64,000 bases of DNA from an uncultured Actinomycetes bacterium (lineage in GTDB: Bacteria > Actinomycetota > Thermoleophilia > Gaiellales > F1-60-MAGs149), in NCBI GenBank assembly GCA_963722525.1, contig CAVRMM010000002.1, forward strand, positions 3,335,096 to 3,399,095. Reading direction: 5' to 3'. The notes beneath the pieces were generated by a model. It did no database searches. It had not been told where the DNA came from and was given only the letters and a program-made list of their open reading frames with translations. Shown here one piece after another: positions 40,149 to 50,991 of the stretch. Positions within the stretch are counted from its first letter, which is position 1. Every line of letters begins with the position of its first letter. The position numbers were made by a program, and so were the translations under genes.

Positions 40149-40738
40149 GGGAGCAGTGTGGCGGCGATCTGCTCGCGCGCGATGCGCTCCATGTCGTCGG
40201 CGGTGACCGAGCCCGGGTGCAGGAGCACGTGCAGCGTCAGCCCGTCGACCAGGGCGACGAACCGGCGCGCCCAGTCGTCGGCGTCGACGGCGCGGAACGA
40301 GCCCGCCTCGACACCGGCCCGGACGCTGTCGGCGATGCGCGCGCGCCACGAGTCGTAGATCCGCTCGTGCAGCGCGCGCAGCTCCGGATCGCGCTGCGCC
40401 TGGCGCCAGAACTCGACCCACACGACCTGCGCGGCGATCTGCGCCTCGGTGCGGGGCGTCGCCACCTCGGCGTGGGCGCTCAGCTCCTGCAGCGGCGTCG
40501 ACGCGCCGGCGAGCGCGTCGTCGAGCCGCCGGCCGAAGCGGCGGGCGGCCTCGACCAGCGCCGCGCGCAGCAGGTCGTCGCGGCTCGCGAACCAGTAGGC
40601 GATCGTGCCGGTCGCGACATCCGCCGCGGCAGCGATGTCCCGCACCGTCGTCGCCTCGTAGCCCTTGGAGGCGACGAGGCCGATGGCGGCGTCGAGCAGC
40701 TGTTCGCGGCGGAGCGTCTCGAGCGAGATGCGCGACAT
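40145..40738 (-). CDS. TetR-family transcriptional regulator
   Basis: 197 aa. HTH region LLDAAIGLVASKGYEATTVRDIAAAADVATGTIAYWF. The start overlaps the ACAD stop (TGATG). Confidence 0.9.
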   Translation of the reverse strand: MSRISLETLRREQLLDAAIGLVASKGYEATTVRDIAAAADVATGTIAYWFASRDDLLRAALVEAARRFGRRLDDALAGASTPLQELSAHAEVATPRTEAQIAAQVVWVEFWRQAQRDPELRALHERIYDSWRARIADSVRAGVEAGSFRAVDADDWARRFVALVDGLTLHVLLHPGSVTADDMERIAREQIAATLLP

Positions 40739-41922
40739 CAGCCGAGCGGCGCCGACCCCGGCCAGGCGCAGAGGCCGCCGCGGCCGCGCTTTGCGAGCTC
40801 GTTCGCGACGATCAGCTTCTGGATCTCGTCGGTGCCCTCCCAGATGCGGTCGACGCGCAGGTCGCGGTAGAGGCGCTCGACCGGGTTCTCGCGCATGTAG
40901 CCGCGGCCGCCGAGCACCTGCACGCAGCGGTCGGCGACGCGGTTCGCCATCTGGGAGGCGAACAGCTTCACGGACGCCGACTTGGCGTGGAGCGTCTTGG
41001 CGTCGATCTCCTTGCGGTCGATCTCCCAGGCGATCTGGTACGTCATCGCGCGGGCGGCCTGCAGCTCGACGGCGCAGTCGGCGAGCTGGAACGCGACCGC
41101 CTGGTAGTCGAAGATCCGGCTGCCGAACTGGCGCCGCTCCATGGCGTAGTCGAACGCCACGTCGAGGCAGCGCTCGGCGCCGCCGAGCGAGCGGGCCGCG
41201 ATCAGCAGCCGCTCGTCCATGAACCACTCCTTCGTCAGCTCGAGCCCGCCGCCGAGCCCGCCGAGGATCTTCGCGTCGTCGACGTAGACGTTGTCGAAGG
41301 TGAACTCGGGATGCTCGAAGACGAACGCGTGCATGAAGCGCGGGCGGCGCGACTCGGCCACGCCGTCGAGGCCCTTGTCGACCAGGAAGCTGGTCAGGCC
41401 GTAGCCCTCGGCGTCGGCGACGACGATGAAGTAGTCGGCGATGTCGCCGGTGGTGACGAACCACTTCTCGCCGGTGATGCGCCAGCCGGCACCGTCGCGG
41501 ACGGCCTTCGTCTCGAGCACGGACGGGTCGGACCCGGCGTGCTCCTCGGTGATCGCATACGCGTGGCGGCGCTTGCCGGCGATCTCCGGCCGCACGTACT
41601 CCTCCACCTGCTCGGGCGACGCGTACTTGAGCACGTTCGACGGGCGCCACGGCACGTCCCAGAGCGCGTTCGTGGCGCGGCCGAGCTGCTCGTGGACGAG
41701 CATCTGCTCGAACGACGAGTACGCCTGGCCGCCCCACTCGCGGGGCATGTTGATGCCGTGCAGCTCCAGGTCGATGACGGCGCGGCGGGCCTCGACGAGG
41801 TCGGCGGCCTCGAGGCCGTCGCGCTCGTCGCATGCGATCTCGAGCGGCAGCAGGTACGTGTCGCAGTAGTGCCGCGCCTTCGCGGAGATCTCGCGGTGGC
41901 GGTCGGTGAGCGTGATGTCCAT
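40738..41922 (-). CDS. acyl-CoA dehydrogenase
   Basis: ATG at 41922 preceded by GGGAGA. ACAD middle and C-terminal motifs (YAITEEHAGSD, GEKWFVT, QFGSRIFDYQAV, LGGRGY, IWEGTDEIQ). Confidence 0.9.
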   Translation of the reverse strand: MDITLTDRHREISAKARHYCDTYLLPLEIACDERDGLEAADLVEARRAVIDLELHGINMPREWGGQAYSSFEQMLVHEQLGRATNALWDVPWRPSNVLKYASPEQVEEYVRPEIAGKRRHAYAITEEHAGSDPSVLETKAVRDGAGWRITGEKWFVTTGDIADYFIVVADAEGYGLTSFLVDKGLDGVAESRRPRFMHAFVFEHPEFTFDNVYVDDAKILGGLGGGLELTKEWFMDERLLIAARSLGGAERCLDVAFDYAMERRQFGSRIFDYQAVAFQLADCAVELQAARAMTYQIAWEIDRKEIDAKTLHAKSASVKLFASQMANRVADRCVQVLGGRGYMRENPVERLYRDLRVDRIWEGTDEIQKLIVANELAKRGRGGLCAWPGSAPLG

Positions 41923-41930
41923 GGTCTCCC

Positions 41931-43100
41931 TCAGTTCCTTGAGGAGCTCGCGGGCGACGATCAGGCGCATGATGTCGCTCGTCCCCTCCCAGAGCTCGTG
42001 CAGCTTGGAGTCGCGGAGCCACTTCTCCGCGGGATACTCGGGCGAGTAGCCGTACCCGCCGAGGGTCTTGACGCACGCGTCGGCCGCGAACGATCGCGGC
42101 CTCGGACGCCGCCAGCTTGGCCATCGCGGCCTCCTTGGCGGCCGGCCGGCCGGCGTCGAACAGGTGTGCTGCGTGGTGCGTGATCAGGCGCGCCTGGTCG
42201 ACCTTCATGGCGGCGTCGGCGATGCGGAACGACACGGCCTGGAAGTCGGCGATGCGCTTGCCGAACGCCTGCCGCTCCTTGGCGTAGCCGATGGCGTACT
42301 CGACGGCCGCGCGGCCGGCGCCGACGGCGCTCGCCGCGAGCGTGATGCGCGACGCGTCGAACGTCTCCATGAGCCCGTAGAAGCCCTGGCCCTCTTCGCC
42401 GATTCGCTGGTCGTCGGCGACGAAGCAGTCGTTCAGGAACAGCTCGGCGGTGGGGATCGCGCGCTGGCCGAGCTTCGCCATCGGCGGCCCGACCGCGAAG
42501 CCCTCGGCGCCCTTCTCGACCACGAACGCCGTCACGCCGCGCGAGCGGGTGCCGGGCGCGACGGTCGCGAAGACGATGAAGTACTCCGCGATCGGGGCGT
42601 TCGAGATCCACGTCTTCTGGCCGTTCAGCACGTAGCCGCCGTCGACGCGCCGCGGCATGCGTGGTGATGGACGCGGCGTCCGATCCGGCGCCGGGCTCGG
42701 TGGTCGCGAGCGCGGCGAACACCGGCTTCGGCCCGCACAGCGGCGGCACCCAGCGGCGCTTCTGCGCGTCGTCGCCGAGCGCGATGATGGTGTGCGCGAA
42801 GAAGCCGCCCGAGCAGAGCAGGCTGGACAGGGCGTCGTCGCCCCACGACAGCTCCTCCGACACGAGGCACGCGGTGAACACGTCCTCGATGCCGCCGCCG
42901 CCGTACTCGGCCGGCAGCGAGAAGCTCGGCAGCCCGAGCTCGGCCGCGCGGTGCAGCAGTGGCGTCGGGTCGGGATGGTGGTGGTCGTCGTCGTAGGAGC
43001 GGGCGACGGGCCGCAGCTCGCGCTCGGCGAAGTCGTGGCACACCTCGATGAGTGCCTGCTGCTCGTCGGTGAGGTCGAGGAGGTTCGTCATTCCGGACAT
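41931..43100 (-). pseudogene. acyl-CoA dehydrogenase, two frameshifts (about 42660 and 42085) and no in-frame stop before the next ACAD
   Basis: N-terminal, middle (GYVLNGQKTWISNAP...ERQAFGKRIADFQAV) and C-terminal (LGGYGYSPEYPAEKWLRDSKLHELWEGTSDI) parts lie in three frames. The nearest TGA (41931-41933) is in the +1 frame. Confidence 0.8.
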
Positions 43101-43107
43101 CGCTTTC

Positions 43108-43141
43108 GAACGAATCGTTCAGTTATCTGAACACGCGTTCA
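43108..43141. promoter_or_regulatory. two GAAC-N4/5-GTTC palindromes in the divergent ACAD-operon / thioredoxin intergenic region (candidate TetR operators)
   Basis: GAACGAATCGTTC at 43108-43120 and TGAACACGCGTTCA at 43128-43141, in an AT-richer 87-nt intergenic region. Confidence 0.4.
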
Positions 43142-43187
43142 ATTCTAACCTGACCTGTTCGCTTGCGCGCCGCCGTAAGATGCGATC

Positions 43188-43937
43188 GTGTTCGTCTCCG
43201 ATGCCACCGAGGCCGACTTCCAGCAGCGGGTCCTCGACGTCTCCTTCGATGTCCCCGTGCTGGTCGACTTCTGGGCCGAGTGGTGCGGGCCGTGCCGCAC
43301 GCTGACGCCCGTGCTGGAGGAGGCGGTCGAGGCACGCGGCGGCGCCGTGCGGCTGGTCAAGGTCGACACCGACGCCAACCAGAACCTGGCCGCGCAGTTC
43401 GGCGTGCGCGGCATCCCGAACGTGAAGGCGTTCCGCGACGGCCGGGTGGTCGACGAGTTCACCGGCGTCTCCCGCGCGCGCAGATCGACCGGTTCCTCGA
43501 CGACCTCATCCCCAGCGCCGCCGATCTCGCGGCCGCCTCGGGCGACGAGGAGGCGCTGCGCGCGGCGCTGGTCGACGAGCCGCGCCACCTCGGAGGCGCG
43601 CCTCGCCCTCGGGCGCACGCTGCTGCGCCGCGGCGCGGCCGCCGACGCCGTCGACGTGCTGCGCGAGGCCGGGCACGACGCGGTCGGAGCGGGTCTCCTG
43701 GCGCGCGCCGAGCTGGTCGCGAACCCGGCCGTCGATCCCGAGGCGGCGGCCGCGATCGCGTCGCTCGACGACGATCCGGAGGGCACGCTGGAGCGGCTCA
43801 TCGACGCCATCACCGGCTCCGAGCCCGACCGCCGCGACCGCCTGCGCCGCGTGATGATCGGCATCTTCGGCGAGCGCGGGAACGACGACCCGCTGGTGCA
43901 GCGGTACCGCCGGCGCCTGGCAGCGGCGCTGTACTGA
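43188..43937 (+). pseudogene. thioredoxin-domain protein with TPR-like C-terminal domain (YbbN/CnoX-like); internal pair of compensating frameshifts
   Basis: Active site WAEWCGPC. Between about 43470 and 43590 the sensible reading (RAQIDRFLDDLIPSAADLAAASGDEEALRAAL) is in another frame, while the nominal ORF reads Ser/Arg/Thr-rich junk. Confidence 0.75.
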
Positions 43938-43952
43938 TCGGGCCTCCCGGGG

Positions 43953-45456
43953 TCAGACCTCGACCGGGACCGGCTCGTGGCCGTGCGACTGGGCCGAGCC
44001 CGAGCGCAGGCCGAAGAACGAGACCGCCGCGGCCAGCAGCGTCAGCGCGGCCCCGGCCCACATGGCGCCGTGCATGCCGACCACGAACGCGTCGGCGGCC
44101 CGCGCCTGCGCATCGGCGCCTGCCAGCTGGCCGACCAGCCGCCGTCTGGCCGCCGACGACGAGCTGCTGCAGCTCCTTCGGCGCGTTGCCGAACTCGTCG
44201 GCCGCCAGCTTCGCGACCACCGATCCCATCAGTGCGATGCCGACGGCGCCGCCGATCTGCCTGGCCGAGTTGAGCACGCCCGAGGCGATCCCCGACTTGG
44301 TCGGGTCGACGGCGCTCATCGCGGCGCCCGACAGGGCGGGCATGGTGAGCGAGATGCCGGCGCCGAGCAGGATGAAGAAGGGCCACATCGCGTTGTAGCT
44401 GGACGACTCCGTCAGCTGCGCGAGGCCGGCCATTCCGGCCGCGGCGAGCAGCATGCCGGTCGTCATCAGCGGCCGCGGGCCGATCTTGCCGTTGAGCCGG
44501 CCGGCGAGCGGCGCCACGAACAGGATGATCAGCGTCATCGGCATCGACCGGACACCCGCCTCGAGCGCCGAGTAGCCCTTGATGTTCTGGAAGTAGAGCG
44601 TCACGAAATACAGCGAGCCGAACAGCGACACGCCGACCAGCACGGCCACGGCGTTCGCCGCCGTGAACTGGCGGATCCTGAAGAACGACAGCGGCACCAT
44701 CGGCTGGTCCACCCGCAGCTCCCACCAGATCCAGACCGCCAGCAGCACCACCGCACCGCCCAGCAGCGTGAGGATGTAAGCCGACGTCCACGAGTGCTCG
44801 TTGGTCTTGATGAGGCCGAAGGTGAGCGCCAGCAGGCTGGTCGTCACCAGCACGGTGCCGACGATGTCGAGGCTCGTCGCACTCGGGTCTCGCGACTCCA
44901 CCACCGCCCACAGGCAGACCGCGATCGCGATCACGCCGATCGGGACGTTGACCCAGAACACCGACGCCCAGCCGAAGTGCTCGACCAGCACGCCGCCGAC
45001 GACCGGGCCGATCGCGATGCCGAGGCCGGAGATGCCGGCCCACACGCCGATCGCCATCGGGATCTGGTCGCGGGGGAACGCGCTCACGAGAATCGACAGC
45101 GAGAGCGGGTTCATCAGCGCCGCACCGGTTCCCTGCAGGCAGCGGGCGATGATCAGCTGCGTGTCGGAGTCGGCCACGGCACAGAGGGCCGAGAAGACCG
45201 TGAAGAGGGCGACGCCGACGATGAACATGCGCTTCCGGCCGAACCGGTCGCCAAGCTTGCCGCCGAGCAGGATCAGCGCCGCGAACGTCACGACGTACCC
45301 GTTGACGATCCACTCGAGGTTGGCCGGCGAGGCGTCGAGCTCGCGCTGGATGGTCGGCAGCGCGACGTTCACGATCGTGTTGTCGAGCATGATCATGAAC
45401 AGCGCGAAGCACATCGCGAAGAGCGTCCACCACTTGTGATTGGCGCGTTCGGTCAT
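43953..45456 (-). pseudogene. MFS drug/H+ antiporter, DHA2 (14-TMS, EmrB/QacA-like); C-terminal frameshift near 44150
   Basis: MTERANHKWWTLFAMCFALFMIMLDNTIVNVALP, GKLGDRFGRKR. After ELQQLVVGGQ the hydrophobic reading (MWAGAALTLLAAAVSFFGL) is in another frame and ends at the TGA at 43953-43955. Confidence 0.85.
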
Positions 45457-45785
45457 GGGAGCGGGTCCTCCACGGAGACGAGGGTGAGGAGGGCGCTCAT
45501 GACACGCGCGGTGTCGCGCATGCCCTCGTCGCTCTCGAGTGCACTTCGGTAGGTCGCGAGCAGGCTGATCGCCACGCTGATCCACCCGATCATCTCCGGG
45601 TCGACGTCGGTGCGGATGTCGCCCTTCTCCGGCGCCTGGCGCATCACGCCCGCCGTGGTGGCGCTGTGATGGAACATCGCCGAGCGCAGCGCGCCGCCGA
45701 TAGCCGGGTCGTCGGCCATCGCGATCGCGAGCGCGCGCATGCGCATCAGTTCGAGGATGTGCTCCCGACGCTGATCGCCGGTCAT
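45453..45785 (-). CDS. hypothetical helical protein translationally coupled (ATGA) to the MFS gene; start uncertain (ATG 45785 or GTG 45872)
   Basis: ORF MTGDQRREHILELMRMRALAIAMADDP...; no HTH seen. It could be the ligand-domain remnant of a TetR-like regulator. Confidence 0.4.
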   Translation of the reverse strand: MTGDQRREHILELMRMRALAIAMADDPAIGGALRSAMFHHSATTAGVMRQAPEKGDIRTDVDPEMIGWISVAISLLATYRSALESDEGMRDTARVMSALLTLVSVEDPLP

Positions 45786-45816
45786 GCGGACAGGGGGAGA
45801 CGCGGCCAGGCGATAC

Positions 45817-45844
45817 AGGTTAGTGACTACATACTGACGGTCAA
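45817..45844 (-). promoter_or_regulatory. sigma-70-like promoter candidate TTGACC-N16-TAACCT
   Basis: On the minus strand: TTGACC (45844-45839), a 16-nt spacer, TAACCT (45822-45817). It lies in an unusually AT-rich stretch 32 nt upstream of ATG 45785. Confidence 0.35.
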
Positions 45845-46092
45845 ACGGGATCGTGCGCGTCGCGCTCCTCACGCTTGCGGCGCTCGTGCTGCGAGGCGTG
45901 CACGACCGCCCACGTCGCCGGGATGGCCCAGAAGATGCCGTAGCCGATCGCGCGTCCGACCGGCTGGTGAAGCGGGCCGAGGTGCGCGAAGAACAGCACC
46001 ACGGAGAGCAGCGGCAGCGCGATCACCGCCTGCTTGCCCCCCTCCAGGGACTCCCACCAGAGGACCAGCCGGGGCGGAGGCTTCTGCGACAC
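45841..46092 (-). CDS. small two-TM membrane protein (83 aa)
   Basis: ORF MSQKPPPRLVLWWESLEGGKQAVIALPLLSVVLFFAHLG...IFWAIPATWAVVHAS with a basic tail. No family recognised. Confidence 0.45.
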   Translation of the reverse strand: MSQKPPPRLVLWWESLEGGKQAVIALPLLSVVLFFAHLGPLHQPVGRAIGYGIFWAIPATWAVVHASQHERRKREERDAHDPV

Positions 46093-46122
46093 GTCGGCAG
46101 GATATCGTCCCGCGTTCCATCA

Positions 46123-46145
46123 TACGTTCGTACGTGATAACGTAC
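46123..46145. promoter_or_regulatory. overlapping ACGT-rich palindromes just upstream of the XRE-cupin regulator gene (candidate operator)
   Basis: TACGTTCGTA at 46123-46132 and GTACGTGATAACGTAC at 46130-46145, ending 6 nt before the ATG at 46152. Confidence 0.35.
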
Positions 46146-46151
46146 AGAGCA

Positions 46152-46707
46152 ATGACGGTCGTCGTCGGCACCCGGGTGCGCTCCCTGCGCGAGGATCAGG
46201 GCCTGTCGCTGCGCGACCTCGGCGCCGCGCTCCGGGGTCTCCGCGCCGATGCTCTCGCAGGTCGAGCGCGGCGAGACCTCGCCCACCGTGGCGGTCGCCG
46301 AGCGCATCGCCTCGGGGCTCGACCTGTCGCTGTCGCAGCTGCTGCGCCTGGACGAGGGCCCGCCGTGCGCGTGGTGCGCGCCGGCTCCGCGCCCGCGGTG
46401 GAGCGCGACCGGGCGCCGCTGGGACGCCGTGCTGACGCCCGAGCACTCCCGGCCAGCGGGCCGCCGTCTCGCGCCACGTGCTCGAGCCGGGCGCCGGCAC
46501 CGGCGACGACCCCCTGCACGAGGCCGGCTCCAGCGAGTTCGCGTGGTCGAGGAGGGGCGGGTGCGCCTCGTGGTCGACGGCTGGCCCACGCGCTCGCGCC
46601 CGGGGACAGCGCGATCTTCGACGCCGACCTGCCCCACCGTGTCGAGAACGCCGGCCCCGAGCCGGCCGACTTCCTGTCCGTCGTCTGCGCCGGCCTGAGG
46701 AGGTCGT

Positions 46708-46709
<2 letters not shown>
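46152..46709 (+). pseudogene. XRE-family HTH regulator with C-terminal cupin domain, several frameshifts
   Basis: SLREDQGLSLRDLGAA / MLSQVERGETSPTVAVAERIASGL (HTH_3) and the cupin end LAPGDSAIFDADLPHRVENAGPEPADFLSV lie in alternating frames. Confidence 0.8.
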
Positions 46710-48676
<1,967 letters not shown>

Positions 48677-49553
48677 GCGCCGGTCGCGAGCACGACGAGC
48701 CCTGCCAGCACCAGGCTGCAGCCGACCACGGCGCTCGTCGCGAGGCGCTCGTCGAGCACGACCACGCCGAGCAGCGTCGCCACCAGCGGCTCGGCCAGCA
48801 CGAGGGTTGTGACCGTGGCGGCGGAGAGCCGGCCGAGCCCGCGGGCGAACAGCGTGTAGGCGAGCGCCGTCGGCACGACGCCCAGGTAGAGCGCCGTGAC
48901 GAGGCCGGCCGGCGTGACGATCCAGCCGGGCGAGGTCAAGAGCAGCGCCGGCAGCAGCACGAGGCCGCCGATGCCGAACGCCCACGCGATCGCGGCGCCG
49001 CCCGGCGCGCCGCGGTCGATGATGCTCTTGACCGTGACGGTGTAGCCGGCGTAGCCCAGCGCCGACAGCAGCGCCAGCGCGATGCCGACCGGGTCGACGC
49101 CGCCGGACGGCCCGGCCAGCAGGACGACGCCGCCGACCGCGAACGCGGTCGCGACGCACCAGCGGCGCGGTGGGCCGGCCCTGCCCGACGAGCATCGCGA
49201 TCAGGCCGGCCAGCGGCGGGCCGGCGCCGATCGTGATCACCGTGCCGACGGCGACGCCCGCCCTGTCGAGGCCGGCGAAGAAGGCCAGCTGGTAGACGGC
49301 CGTCAGGAGCCCGGCCACCACCAGCAGGACGCGCGGGATGCTGGCCGGGATCCGCTGGCCGGCGTGGCGGGCGATGCCGATCAGCACGGCGCCGCCGATC
49401 GCGAGGCGGGCCGCGCCGACGCCGAGCGGGCTGGCGGAGGCCGCACCGAGCGCGCGCGCCGTCCCCGTGGTGCCGAACAGCACGGCGGCCACCAGCACCT
49501 CGCCCATGGCGCGGCGCTCGCTCAGCGGAGGCCCGGGCGCATCCATCCGTCGA

Positions 49554-49564
49554 TTGTGACACAA
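49554..49564. promoter_or_regulatory. FadR-type GntR operator candidate TTGTGACACAA
   Basis: Perfect palindrome matching the published FadR-subfamily consensus TNGTNNNACNA. It sits in the 28-nt gap between the divergent EamA and GntR genes. Confidence 0.5.
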
Positions 49565-49574
49565 TGCAACAGCC

Positions 49575-50231
49575 ATGGTCGAACCGATGCCGCTGTCACG
49601 CGTCTCGACCGTCGATGCGCTGGCCGAGGCGTTGCGCTCGAGGATCCTCACCGGCGACCTCGCCCCGGGCGCCCACCTGAGCGAGGTCGAGCTGGCCGGC
49701 GCCTACGGGGTCGGGCGCCATTCGTTGCGCGCCGCCTTCCGCGAGCTCGCCCGCGACGGCCTGCTCGTGCACGAGCCGAACCGCGGCGTGCGCGTGCCGG
49801 TGCCGACGGCGGCGGAGAGCGAGGATCTCTATCGCCACCGGGCGGCGCTCGAGCTCGGTGCGCTCCGGGTGGCGCTGGCCGACGGCCGGTCGTTCGCGGC
49901 CGTCCGCGAGCCGCTCGCGGTGCTGGAGCAGATGCCCGCCGACGAGCCGTGGGACCGCGTCGCGCTCGTCCACGACGCGATCCACGCCGCCATCGTCGAC
50001 GCTGCGGCGAGCCGGCGGCTGTCGGCGGCCTACGTCGCGCTGCAGGGCGAGCTGCTGTTCTTCGTCACCCGCATCAAGCCGCTCTACACCGTGCAGACGA
50101 TGATCGACGCACACCGGCTGCTCGCCGACGCGCTGACGAGCGGCGACCCGGTCGCCGCCGAGACCGCGCTGACGAACGACCTGGCGCAGGGCAGGGTCGC
50201 CCTGCGCACGGCGCTCCCCGCCGACGGCTGA
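49575..50231 (+). CDS. GntR-family transcriptional regulator (FadR subfamily, FCD domain)
   Basis: Intact 218 aa. HTH LSEVELAGAYGVGRHSLRAAFRELARDGLL and an all-helical C-terminal domain. Confidence 0.9.
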   Translation: MVEPMPLSRVSTVDALAEALRSRILTGDLAPGAHLSEVELAGAYGVGRHSLRAAFRELARDGLLVHEPNRGVRVPVPTAAESEDLYRHRAALELGALRVALADGRSFAAVREPLAVLEQMPADEPWDRVALVHDAIHAAIVDAAASRRLSAAYVALQGELLFFVTRIKPLYTVQTMIDAHRLLADALTSGDPVAAETALTNDLAQGRVALRTALPADG

Positions 50232-50233
50232 GG

Positions 50234-50758
50234 TCAGTCGAGCCAGCCGCCGAGGCTGGGCCGCGGGCCGGACGCGACCGGCTCGCTCGCCACCGGCTCC
50301 GGGGCAGCCGCGGGCCGGATCTTGCGGGGCCGGCGCGGCCGGTCGGCCGCCGGCTCCTCGAGCCCGGCGAGGCTCGCGAGGGTATGCTCGGCCAGGCGCC
50401 CGGTGAACGCGTCGTGGGCCTCGAACAGCGTCGCGTGGAGCGCGCACGGCGCAGCGTCGTCGCAGCCGCGCTCCTCGAGCACGCAGCGTGGCTCGGGATC
50501 GACCTCGACGGCGGCGACCACGTCGGCGACGTTCAGCTCGTGGGCGGGCCGTGAGAGCACGTACCCGCCGGTGCGGCCGGCGTACGCGTGCACGATGCCG
50601 CCGCGTACGAGGTCGGCCAGCGCCTGTGCGACGACGGTGGCGGGCGCGTCGATGGCGGCGGCGATCGGGTGGCGCTTGACGCGCTCCCCGTCGTGCCGGG
50701 CGATCTCGACCGCCGCGCGGATCGCGTAGTCGGTGCGGCGCGAGAACGGGGAGCGCAC
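50234..50758 (-). CDS. Rrf2-family transcriptional regulator with three-Cys cluster
   Basis: Intact 174 aa. RTDYAIRAAVEIA N-terminus. CVLEERGCDDAAPC (C-x7-C-x5-C) resembles Fe-S-binding Rrf2 members. Pro/Ala-rich tail. Confidence 0.85.
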   Translation of the reverse strand: MRSPFSRRTDYAIRAAVEIARHDGERVKRHPIAAAIDAPATVVAQALADLVRGGIVHAYAGRTGGYVLSRPAHELNVADVVAAVEVDPEPRCVLEERGCDDAAPCALHATLFEAHDAFTGRLAEHTLASLAGLEEPAADRPRRPRKIRPAAAPEPVASEPVASGPRPSLGGWLD

Positions 50759-50810
50759 GCAGCCACGCTACCGCGCCCGCCGGACACCGTGCAGCGAGGA
50801 GCTCCGCCGG

Positions 50811-50950
50811 CGGTAGTTCTGGGGTCTGACCCCAATCGGAGGTTTGCGGGGGTCAGACCCCGATCACAGGACACGCGCGGAAGGCGCGCGGATCGCGCGA
50901 TCTGTGACAGTGCGTGCGTGTTCGGATGCGGACAATGCGTCATCCGCGCG
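50811..50950. repeat. intergenic repeat family 2, copy B (inverted relative to copy A)
   Basis: GGGGTCTGACCCC at 50821-50833 and GGGGTCAGACCCC at 50849-50861, followed by ggaaggcgcgcggatcgcgcgat, the reverse complement of the copy-A module. Confidence 0.8.
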
Positions 50951-50955
50951 CCTCG

Positions 50956-50982
50956 ATTTGTCTGACTAAAGTCAGACAAATT
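50956..50982. promoter_or_regulatory. AT-rich perfect inverted repeat ATTTGTCTGACT-AA-AGTCAGACAAAT (operator or hairpin)
   Basis: 12-bp arms with a 2-nt centre, 10 nt downstream of the lepB stop and within the Rrf2 upstream region. The composition stands out from the GC-rich surroundings. Confidence 0.4.
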
Positions 50983-50991
50983 CGCCCGCCG

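Noticed and set aside
43949-43961. GGGGTCAGACCTC as a third copy of the family-2 palindrome.
   Set aside because: It has one mismatch, lacks the flanking modules, and overlaps the stop codon of the MFS gene. It is probably coincidental or a degraded remnant.
45453-45872. This ORF as a full TetR-family repressor of the downstream MFS pump.
   Set aside because: Only a helical C-terminal-like region is visible. No HTH could be found in any frame upstream, where a separate two-TM ORF and a promoter-like sequence lie. It is kept as hypothetical.
50271-50302. An imperfect 15-nt tandem duplication encoding EPVAS-EPVAS in the Rrf2 C-terminal tail.
   Set aside because: It is a trivial low-complexity duplication in a Pro/Ala-rich tail with no functional implication visible.
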